From: a virus
IMG/VR virus record: IMGVR_UViG_3300006750_000002
Coordinates: 96,001-160,000 of that record
DNA: 64,000 nt
Direction: 5' to 3' (one strand)
The position numbers and the translations under genes are program-made. Under the pieces are notes generated by a model. That model was not told the origin of the DNA. It saw only the letters and a list, made by a program, of their open reading frames with translations, and made no database searches. How positions within the stretch are numbered: the first letter of the stretch is position 1; each line of letters begins with the position of its first letter. Of this stretch, positions 48,233 to 56,137 are shown one piece after another.

Positions 48233-50982
48233 GGTTCAAATATGGTAGGGCTTTGTACATAAGTTACAAAATCTTCAAATGATTTAACATAGTAGGTTTC
48301 TCTACTCCTACTAGTTTTGTCTTCTACGTCCCAAACATCCACATCAAAACTAATGGTTTCGTCCTCAGTATCTATTTTTTTAATACCCACTATTCTATAT
48401 GGGTTATTAGGGTCACCATACTTTTTACTATATTTATGTATACCCCAGTTATGAGACTCAAATTTTTCTTTCTTTAAATAATCGTCAACTTTCTCTATAA
48501 AATCTTTTCTTCTTTCTATATCCACATCATCTATTTTTTCTAAAAATCGGTCAATTTCAGATTCAACCTCTTCTTCTGTTCCCTCTGCCCACTCATATGA
48601 GTCATAATACACATCCTGAGGTTCAGAGGAGATAGCGTTGATAGCGTTACTTTCATTAAATAATGTATCTAATGTATCGGTATCTTGTAGGTGGGTGGTT
48701 ACTAAGTAAAGTAAAGGTTCCCAACCTATATGTACCATTACACTATCACGACCTATGTGGTCATACTCTAAATAAATTTCATCCTTGAACCACTTTTCTA
48801 ATTCTATAACCCTCTGCTTACCAATACCCGAGCCCACCTCATATAGTAAGTCTGGAGTAAAATTGTCCCATTCTTGATGGAAATATTTTTCAAAAAAGTC
48901 ATTTATTTCCCCCTCTTCAAAATCAAAACACGCCCTATCTATAGGTTTGTCGGTACCTTCGAATAAGTTCATTAACTCTGTCACTTTTTTTAATTGTGAG
49001 TCATTAAACCAACAAGACATATAATTTAATTCGTCCGAATCCAATTCCTCATAATGGTCACCATAATAATTATCATGAACTAAATCATAATAGTAATCAC
49101 CCTCACCCAAGTCCAAAACATTTTGTAACCAATCATCCTTTTTTAAATAAACGTTAATTCCGTCAGGGACAATCTCGATTTCATCTTCACCTCCTCGAGT
49201 GTAGTAACTTTCACTATATTCCTCAAAGTCACCAAAATAATCAACTAACTCTTCAGGGTCTCCAGTATTATTATTTATATTGTATATAAGTGCACCCAGT
49301 TTGCTATGGTTTTTACCATCTAGTAAAACACCTTCATCAAATTCCATATTGTATTTAATTCTTTCATATAAACTATATTTTAAATGAAAAAACTTTTGTA
49401 ATTCTTTTTCTTGACTAAGGACCTCCATATGGTTTTCCCCTCGTCCCGCAGTATTATACATAGACTTCTGACTACCAGGTTCACGTAAAAGAGGGATTTT
49501 ACCTCTATCTATAAATAAAAGTTGGTTAGAGTTTTTTGCGGGCACTAATTTTCTTTTTTTAAATTCAATAATGTAAGGGGTTCCCTTACTTGCTTGAATT
49601 TTTAAAGTGTCACTGTAATTACAATAGTCAGTGTCTGGTATCCTACATAGGTCATTAACCCTAAGAGGAACATACACCCTATAGTCTTCGTTATCCAGTA
49701 CTATTTTTTTAGGTATATTTGCCTCACCGTCTGTTTGTTCATATAAATCTTCAGATTCTTGTGAAGACTCTCTACCATACCTTTCGGTAATGTCTTTTAA
49801 GAGTATGTCATAAAGTTGTTCACCCTCGTCATCACTTAACCCATGTCTTAGTTTAGTGTTCTCCACAGCACCTCTAATGGTCTCCTCGAAGGACCTATCT
49901 TGTTTGAGTCTTCTCGCATTAAGACCAGAAGTCTGTGCATCTATTTCGTGGTCTTGAGTATAATACTCTAAACCTTTTAAATCTTTTTTAATTTTTCCGA
50001 GGTGTGTACCCATTACTTCTTGTTCCGCATGTCTAATTTCATGTCTAATATACTCAGTTAAGTAATCTTCAATGTGTATATAACTTTCTGGTTCCATTAG
50101 AGGGTTAATTGTCAAACCTATTTCTATAGTATCATCACCAACGTAGTACGCTTCTAAATGAAACTCATCTTTAATGTCCTCATCTCTACTGATAGTCAAT
50201 TCTAAAGTAAACATGTAGTTATCTATTTCATAGATAATTTCATCTGGTCTTAGGTCCTCAGGCAAATAGTAAGTTTCAACATTAGGGTTGGTGGTACTCT
50301 TTTTAACTAGTGATATGACATCTCCCACCATTTCCAAAGTTTCGCTATAAAAATTACTTTGTTCATTTAGATTTTCTCGGCCTTCATCTAACGATTTTAA
50401 TTTACCACCTAATTTTTTTATTATGTGATTAAAAACATTTTTAAACCCTATTATACCAACCCCAACCAGTACACTTTTTAGATAACCTGTGGGTGAACCT
50501 GGGTTAATTAAACCCTGATTAATGAGAAATAATAATCCGTCTATTATGGGGAAAGCTAAAAAGGTGAAAGCGACTATATCCACTAAAGAATTTACGGTAT
50601 AACCTAAAGAATTACCTATTTTAATTGATATGTCCTCCACAGACTTTAAAAAATCTAACACTACTGACAAACCATCAGTTAGACCTCTTTCTCTAATTAT
50701 ATTTAAAAGTTTTTGGATTTTATCTTGATGTCTACCAACCAGAATCCACATAGCGGTTATGTAAAGAAGAACAGCATCTTGTTCTGTTAAAGTCGGCATT
50801 GTGCCAGCCATTAATTCCATAACGACAGGTAACATTGCGGTAATCCCCACCCCAAAGGTGAAAGTCCCACCTATAACTCCCCCCAAATCCAACAAGGTTT
50901 TCTTAACTACAGAGTCCTTTTCCTCTAGGGTTTCTAATATTAACCCCTGTTGGTTAATAGTATTAATTAGACTAATATTCAT
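48229..50982 (-). CDS. 917-aa mosaic (polyvalent-like) protein: hydrophobic N-domain, HExxH metallopeptidase, degenerate 'WCTA'-like segment, acidic domain
   Basis: YIRHEIRHAEQ...YYTQDHEIDAQ zincin motif; DNEDYRVYVP...CRIPDTDYC; domains bounded by LNEQ / LYEQ; TATTTATT at 50998-51005 (minus). Confidence 0.7.
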   Translation of the reverse strand: MNISLINTINQQGLILETLEEKDSVVKKTLLDLGGVIGGTFTFGVGITAMLPVVMELMAGTMPTLTEQDAVLLYITAMWILVGRHQDKIQKLLNIIRERGLTDGLSVVLDFLKSVEDISIKIGNSLGYTVNSLVDIVAFTFLAFPIIDGLLFLINQGLINPGSPTGYLKSVLVGVGIIGFKNVFNHIIKKLGGKLKSLDEGRENLNEQSNFYSETLEMVGDVISLVKKSTTNPNVETYYLPEDLRPDEIIYEIDNYMFTLELTISRDEDIKDEFHLEAYYVGDDTIEIGLTINPLMEPESYIHIEDYLTEYIRHEIRHAEQEVMGTHLGKIKKDLKGLEYYTQDHEIDAQTSGLNARRLKQDRSFEETIRGAVENTKLRHGLSDDEGEQLYDILLKDITERYGRESSQESEDLYEQTDGEANIPKKIVLDNEDYRVYVPLRVNDLCRIPDTDYCNYSDTLKIQASKGTPYIIEFKKRKLVPAKNSNQLLFIDRGKIPLLREPGSQKSMYNTAGRGENHMEVLSQEKELQKFFHLKYSLYERIKYNMEFDEGVLLDGKNHSKLGALIYNINNNTGDPEELVDYFGDFEEYSESYYTRGGEDEIEIVPDGINVYLKKDDWLQNVLDLGEGDYYYDLVHDNYYGDHYEELDSDELNYMSCWFNDSQLKKVTELMNLFEGTDKPIDRACFDFEEGEINDFFEKYFHQEWDNFTPDLLYEVGSGIGKQRVIELEKWFKDEIYLEYDHIGRDSVMVHIGWEPLLYLVTTHLQDTDTLDTLFNESNAINAISSEPQDVYYDSYEWAEGTEEEVESEIDRFLEKIDDVDIERRKDFIEKVDDYLKKEKFESHNWGIHKYSKKYGDPNNPYRIVGIKKIDTEDETISFDVDVWDVEDKTSRSRETYYVKSFEDFVTYVQSPTIFEP

Positions 50983-51028
50983 TTAAGTGGTTTTAATAAT
51001 AAATATAATCTTAAAGGTATTTATATGT

Positions 51029-51370
51029 ATGGAATTATCAATAGGTAAAAATACACTACCGATAGAAGTTAGAGACACACCTACTCAAATACAATTAGGT
51101 ATGATGGGGAGAAAAAAATTAGTCGGAGGTATGTTATTCGTATTTTCAGAAGTACGTGAACAATCTTTTTGGATGAAAAATTGTCTAATACCCTTAGATA
51201 TTATAATGTTGGTGAATAGGGTAGTGACACACATACATCATGACTGCCATCCATGCATAACTAATCAATGTAATAGTTATCAAGGAATTGGTAATGAAGT
51301 GTTAGAATTAAATGGTGGTGATGCCGTTAGATTGGGAATCGAAGAGGGTCACACTTTAAACTTTATGTGA
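51029..51370 (+). CDS. DUF192 (UPF0127) family protein
   Basis: GMMGR...GGMLFVF...SFWMKNCLIPLDII...VLELNGG. Confidence 0.85.
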   Translation: MELSIGKNTLPIEVRDTPTQIQLGMMGRKKLVGGMLFVFSEVREQSFWMKNCLIPLDIIMLVNRVVTHIHHDCHPCITNQCNSYQGIGNEVLELNGGDAVRLGIEEGHTLNFM

Positions 51371-51394
51371 TTTCCCAACAAAACTCACAAATGT

Positions 51395-53320
51395 TCAGTT
51401 AATCTTTTCACCTATTTTATTTAATAATTCGTGGGCTAACCCCACATTACCCATAGCTTTAACCACGTCAGTTTTACCCACAATAGGGACCTTCTCAATA
51501 ACAGACTTTAATGTACTTAAGATTTTAGGGACCTCATCTATGGCTAGTTTTTCTAATCCCTGTTCCCCAACAAATGCGGTAAAATCACTAATACCTGTGG
51601 GGTCTGGAGCTAATTGAACTATTCTGGAACTTAAATCAAGTAAATCAGACGTTACAGTAAACATCTCCTTTTCAATAACTTTCAAGTCACTCGCGTTAGG
51701 TGAATCCTTAAACTTATCTAAAGCTATTTCTAAATCTGTATTGTTCTTTTTAATTTCGTATACATTTTTACCTATTAAAGCTAACATGACTGGCATCCCT
51801 ACTACCCCTGTAGCACCGATGGCTGCTGCTCCTAAATCACCTAATGCGTCTGTTATAAAGGAAGTCTCTAATAAAGTTTTCTTTATATTATATTTAATTT
51901 CATTAACACTACTATTGTCTATTTTTTCTTTTAATGTTTTAACTATTTCTTTTTGTACCCATTTCACGAACTCTACATAACGAGTAGTTTGACCATCAGG
52001 TTTCTTATAAGACCCTTCAGGGTTCCTCTTAGCTCTCGAGAAGAAATTAAGTCCACTTACATTTGTTATGCATTTATGCCCTCCACTATTGGCTTGAATT
52101 ACATCCCAAGCGGACACCGTTATAGTGTCTAGAATTTGTTTTTCCTCTTCATTTAAATCTTGCCAGGGAGTATCAATTATGTTCACCACTTCCCCATATA
52201 CTGGCAACTCTACAGGCGGCATGTTATTAAGTTTGTCTTTATTGCGTCCTTTATATAATGCAAATAAGTCTGAAGTTTTAAAACCAATACTAGAGTCATC
52301 CGCTTTGGTTTCCCCTATTCTTTTGATGACAGAAACAGGAATCTGATGTTGTTTTAATTGAGGTTCGATTTTCTTAAGTACCTCTTGTGCGATATCTGCT
52401 AAATTAATTCCTTTAAGGGCTCTATCTTCTTTAAATGGGTTACAGGATGCCTGTACTAAACCCATCGGCCATGCGATTACTAAAAAGTCAGCGTCTGGAT
52501 ATATTTTAAACGGTGTGTAACGGTCATAGGAACCTGGTTTAAATAAACTTCCTCCTCCATACTGTACAATTATATTATCCTCTAAAGTAAGTTTATCACT
52601 TTCTTCTTGGGATTTAATGTACTTTTCTTGGTTAACCTTCATTTGTTCTGGTGTAGTGAAATTTTCGTCTCCAGCAATCGAATTAATATTATGAAAAATA
52701 TTCATTAAGGATGGGGAAGACCTATCTACAAGTGCTTCTAAGAACCCTGGTTTATTTTTGTAAGCTAATAACAACTTATTGGTTAAGAGGGCTAACATCC
52801 ATTTATTACTTGGGACCGTACCGTTAGAGTCGAACTTTTTAATGTAATTCATTACATCATCTGGTGTGAGACCATGTTTTGCGTAATCAGCACTATCGAC
52901 TGTTGATATTCTCATTACGTCATCTGTAGTAAAGATGTCACTAGGACTTACAACCTGAGAAAGTGTTTCTACATTAGAACGAGCTCCTCTAAATTGTGTT
53001 GAGGTATCGCCCTCTACACCAGATTGACTGTCATGGTGGTCAGTATGTATAGTGAACATTGGTTTACCATGAGCAAAGTCTACTAATACTTGCATTGTGT
53101 CTCCTTCAGCTTTTGGTTTAGCTACAGAAAATTCTTTATCACCATATTGTATAACGTGTGTGTCCACCACCTCCACGCCATACTTTTCTAAATATTCTTT
53201 CATAGCAATAGCCGACACTACCCCATCTAAATCTTGGTGAAAATAAATTTCCGCTTTAGGATATCTTTTTACTATTTGGTTAATATCCTGTATCCCACTT
53301 TCTTTGATTATTTTTTCCAT
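51395..53320 (-). CDS. DHH/DHHA1 family phosphoesterase with an extra C-terminal helical domain
   Basis: HQDLDG, LVDF, TDHH, VDSAD and GGH motifs; TATTTATA 4 nt before the ATG. Confidence 0.75.
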   Translation of the reverse strand: MEKIIKESGIQDINQIVKRYPKAEIYFHQDLDGVVSAIAMKEYLEKYGVEVVDTHVIQYGDKEFSVAKPKAEGDTMQVLVDFAHGKPMFTIHTDHHDSQSGVEGDTSTQFRGARSNVETLSQVVSPSDIFTTDDVMRISTVDSADYAKHGLTPDDVMNYIKKFDSNGTVPSNKWMLALLTNKLLLAYKNKPGFLEALVDRSSPSLMNIFHNINSIAGDENFTTPEQMKVNQEKYIKSQEESDKLTLEDNIIVQYGGGSLFKPGSYDRYTPFKIYPDADFLVIAWPMGLVQASCNPFKEDRALKGINLADIAQEVLKKIEPQLKQHQIPVSVIKRIGETKADDSSIGFKTSDLFALYKGRNKDKLNNMPPVELPVYGEVVNIIDTPWQDLNEEEKQILDTITVSAWDVIQANSGGHKCITNVSGLNFFSRAKRNPEGSYKKPDGQTTRYVEFVKWVQKEIVKTLKEKIDNSSVNEIKYNIKKTLLETSFITDALGDLGAAAIGATGVVGMPVMLALIGKNVYEIKKNNTDLEIALDKFKDSPNASDLKVIEKEMFTVTSDLLDLSSRIVQLAPDPTGISDFTAFVGEQGLEKLAIDEVPKILSTLKSVIEKVPIVGKTDVVKAMGNVGLAHELLNKIGEKIN

Positions 53321-53335
53321 ATAATATAAATAGTA

Positions 53336-53932
53336 TTAGTACTCACAATTGGAAAATAAATTGGATTCCTTTATTCTTCTATTACATACACCAAAAGGAC
53401 AATTCCAGGACTTAATCTTTTTAGCTGCTTCATCAAATTTACCATATTTGACATCTTGAATCCATGCACTTAATCTAATACCAGGGTTATTTCTACTTCC
53501 TTCACAACCCGTATTAAAGGCTAAAGAAACCATTGCATCGTACTGACATTGGTTTAATTTAGCACCAGGTAAATCATTTGCACTCCAAACCTTTACTATT
53601 CTATTAACACAACCTTCAAACCCACGTAAGTCTTCTTTTAAATACTGTATGGCCTCTTCTTGAGTTATAACCTTCCCTTCGGTAGCATGTTTACCAGTGT
53701 GACCATAACCTATGGTTAATGTACCTTTAGGTATACCATTTTTATACCTACTACTGTCATATTTTATAGGTGGGTCATTATAATAGCCGTCATCATAGGT
53801 GTATAGTACAGGTTCACCACCCACCCCTTCATCGTCTGTTAAGAAAGTGATAAGTTGGTCAGACGAAGAAGTGGGCGTCACAACAATCTCCTCTTCCTCA
53901 ATTAATAAAGAAAGTTCACTTATAAGTTTCAT
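53336..53932 (-). CDS. GH24 (phage lysozyme-like) muramidase with an acidic N-terminal leader
   Basis: DDEG...TIGYGHTG, ITQEEA..L..DL and QYDAMVSLAFNTG; start at the ATG 3 nt after TATTTATA (53936-53943). Confidence 0.85.
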   Translation of the reverse strand: MKLISELSLLIEEEEIVVTPTSSSDQLITFLTDDEGVGGEPVLYTYDDGYYNDPPIKYDSSRYKNGIPKGTLTIGYGHTGKHATEGKVITQEEAIQYLKEDLRGFEGCVNRIVKVWSANDLPGAKLNQCQYDAMVSLAFNTGCEGSRNNPGIRLSAWIQDVKYGKFDEAAKKIKSWNCPFGVCNRRIKESNLFSNCEY

Positions 53933-53962
53933 ACCTATAAATACCATAATAAACAATAATGA

Positions 53963-54199
53963 CTATTTGCCCAACTCCCTTTGTAGGTACCAAAGGGCTT
54001 TTTCTAAGTCTTGTTGGATGTCGTCTTTTTTCCCCGCACGTGAAATATATTTTATCACATTCCCTAAATTAAAATTTAGGCCCCAGGACTCAATCACCTT
54101 AATAGCTTCATAGGGGTTGTCTTCACCACCGTAATGGAGAGGATGGTTCACAGCATTAGAATCCTCCAGATTTGTTTTGAGGATACTAGAAGTAGACAT
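53963..54199 (-). CDS. DUF3310 (T7 gp1.7-like nucleotide kinase / SaV-like) protein
   Basis: VNHPLHY...EAIKVI...FNLGNVIKYISRAGKK...DLEKALWYL. Confidence 0.85.
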   Translation of the reverse strand: MSTSSILKTNLEDSNAVNHPLHYGGEDNPYEAIKVIESWGLNFNLGNVIKYISRAGKKDDIQQDLEKALWYLQRELGK

Positions 54200-54206
54200 T
54201 TGCCTA

Positions 54207-54533
54207 TTACTTTGTGATTTCTTGAATAACATTATCGACTGGGGATAGAACGTCTTTATATTCCTTCTCTAAATCTCCTATTAAATCCAATACTCGACTA
54301 GTTAGAGCCTCAACCTTGTTAACATCTGATTTGAGAATACTAATTAACTCTACTTTGGTTTCGATGTCTCCGGGTAGGACAAGTACTTTATAACCAAATT
54401 GTTCAGACAGGCCTTTAGCAAACGCTTTTAATTCTTCCTGCGGGGGTACTCTTAATAGTTGGACCACTAGTATAGGTTCGTATTTTTCATTTAGTAAGGT
54501 TTCCAGCTTAGTTAGTAGTTCTGTATCTTTCAT
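54207..54533 (-). CDS. Hypothetical protein
   Basis: 108 aa; operon context. Confidence 0.65.
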   Translation of the reverse strand: MKDTELLTKLETLLNEKYEPILVVQLLRVPPQEELKAFAKGLSEQFGYKVLVLPGDIETKVELISILKSDVNKVEALTSRVLDLIGDLEKEYKDVLSPVDNVIQEITK

Positions 54534-54548
54534 TTTTTTCTTTTAGTG

Positions 54549-54692
54549 TTAAATGTGTAATTTTATCCCATTTTTAGGGTAACGATAGTTTCTTTTTGAA
54601 TAATACAGTGACTCCACCTGAAGATAAAGAGTTTCAAGTGATAATAGTGTTAGTACTGACCATATATTTAATGGTCTTTTGTGGAATGGCAT
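54549..54692 (-). CDS. Possible 47-aa peptide (MPFHKRPLNIW...)
   Basis: Hand-translated; fills the gap upstream of the 54533 gene and has an A-rich leader, but has no recognisable motif. Confidence 0.3.
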   Translation of the reverse strand: MPFHKRPLNIWSVLTLLSLETLYLQVESLYYSKRNYRYPKNGIKLHI

Positions 54693-54708
54693 AATTCTTT
54701 TGGGATTA

Positions 54709-54739
54709 CTTGTTTTATCAAAAAAAGTTATTATCTTTG
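54709..54739 (+). promoter_or_regulatory. Bacteroidota sigma-A promoter
   Basis: CTTG-N19-TATCTTTG. Confidence 0.7.
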
Positions 54740-54774
54740 TATTCTAATAATATTAATAAACTACAATAAAATAA

Positions 54775-55563
54775 ATGATAATGGTAGAAAAAATTATGGA
54801 ACCTTTAACACAATCTGACATCGAAACCGTCGCCCCATCAGTTTACGCTACAACACCGTCAACTAACGTGTCCGATAAATATACTTTTATTCCCACCACC
54901 CAAATAATGAATGATTTAGGTCAGGAGGGTTGGCAGGTGTATGATGCGAGTCAAAGAAATTCAAGAAGTGGGCAAGACATGTTTACAAAACATATGTTGA
55001 GATTTAGAAACGAGGATGTTCCCATGGTTGGAGGAATCGTCCCTGAAATTCTTCTCACTAATTCCCATGATGGTAGAAACGCTTTTAACCTCCACGCTGG
55101 GTTATTCAGGCTAGTTTGTTCCAATGGGTTGGTAATCGCAGACCAGACTTTTGAAAAAGTTAAAATTAAACATCAGTGGTATGACCTTAAAGATGTGCAA
55201 AGAATTACAGATGATGTTATAACGTCTATCCCCACTATTATGAGTCGTGTTGACGACTTTAAAAATACTAAACTTAGTGATGCAGCTAAAAAAGATTTCG
55301 CTAAGAAAGCAATATTAGCTCGTTGGAAGAGTGGTCAAGAGTACATCCCCTTGACTGAAATTTTAAAACCAACCCGAGGGGAAGACCGAGGAGATAAATT
55401 GTGGGAAGTATTTAATTTGGTCCAGGAAAAAATCATCAGAGGTGGTATCACTTACTATCTAGCTTCTGGAAGGCAACAAACCGTTAGAGAGCTAACCAAC
55501 ATTGACCAAAGGTTAAACGTAAATAAAAAATTATGGACACTCGCTGAAGAGTATGTGTCGTAA
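54775..55563 (+). CDS. DUF932/DUF945 family protein
   Basis: LLTNSHDG...AGLFRLVCSNGL...HQW; W...N.VQE near the C-terminus. Confidence 0.85.
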   Translation: MIMVEKIMEPLTQSDIETVAPSVYATTPSTNVSDKYTFIPTTQIMNDLGQEGWQVYDASQRNSRSGQDMFTKHMLRFRNEDVPMVGGIVPEILLTNSHDGRNAFNLHAGLFRLVCSNGLVIADQTFEKVKIKHQWYDLKDVQRITDDVITSIPTIMSRVDDFKNTKLSDAAKKDFAKKAILARWKSGQEYIPLTEILKPTRGEDRGDKLWEVFNLVQEKIIRGGITYYLASGRQQTVRELTNIDQRLNVNKKLWTLAEEYVS

Positions 55564-55581
55564 AAAATATAAAGTTATATA

Positions 55582-55617
55582 AAATGAAAAACCCTCCTAC
55601 TGGAGGGTTTTTCATTT
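55582..55617. terminator. Bidirectional terminator between convergent genes
   Basis: Perfect 16-bp inverted repeat AAATGAAAAACCCTCC-TACT-GGAGGGTTTTTCATTT. Confidence 0.85.
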
Positions 55618-55624
55618 AGACATG

Positions 55625-55849
55625 CTATTTTCTGTCTAGGATTTTCAATAAGAGGATAACCGCAATTAATCCTACAAATCCCGAACTACCCAGGGAATTA
55701 ATAAGACCAGTAACATTGCCTACCACATCCATACCGAATATGGGTGTGCCGAACAATACTTGAACTAACACCCCTACCGATAAGAAAGTGATTAGTAAGT
55801 CAGATACTCCAGTAAAAAATCCTTTAATCATGTTAAAAACGTTTTCCAT
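55625..55849 (-). CDS. Small hydrophobic membrane protein
   Basis: 74 aa, almost entirely hydrophobic (VLFGTPIFGMDVVGN...GFVGLIAVILL). Confidence 0.75.
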   Translation of the reverse strand: MENVFNMIKGFFTGVSDLLITFLSVGVLVQVLFGTPIFGMDVVGNVTGLINSLGSSGFVGLIAVILLLKILDRK

Positions 55850-56101
55850 TTTAATGTTTTTTTAAAGGTTTAGGTACATACACGTGCTTTGTACTAGTGG
55901 TAGAATACTATAATCCTATTCACTACTCAAATAATTAAGTGGATATGTTATAAAAATAGGGGTAGTCTAAATATTTTTTTTATCGTGCAACTCTACAACA
56001 AACCCATATATTGTCCCCTACTTTAAGTGGCCATTAGTTTTTTTTACTATTTTGGTGGTGGCATATTAAGGTAAAGTATTATTTTTACGATGAAAAAATA
56101 G

Positions 56102-56133
56102 ATTGGTTTTGTACCTTTTTTTCCCTATATTTG
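56102..56133 (+). promoter_or_regulatory. Bacteroidota sigma-A promoter, 4 nt before the ATG (possible leaderless mRNA)
   Basis: ATTG-N20-TATATTTG-tatt-ATG. Confidence 0.65.
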
Positions 56134-56137
56134 TATT

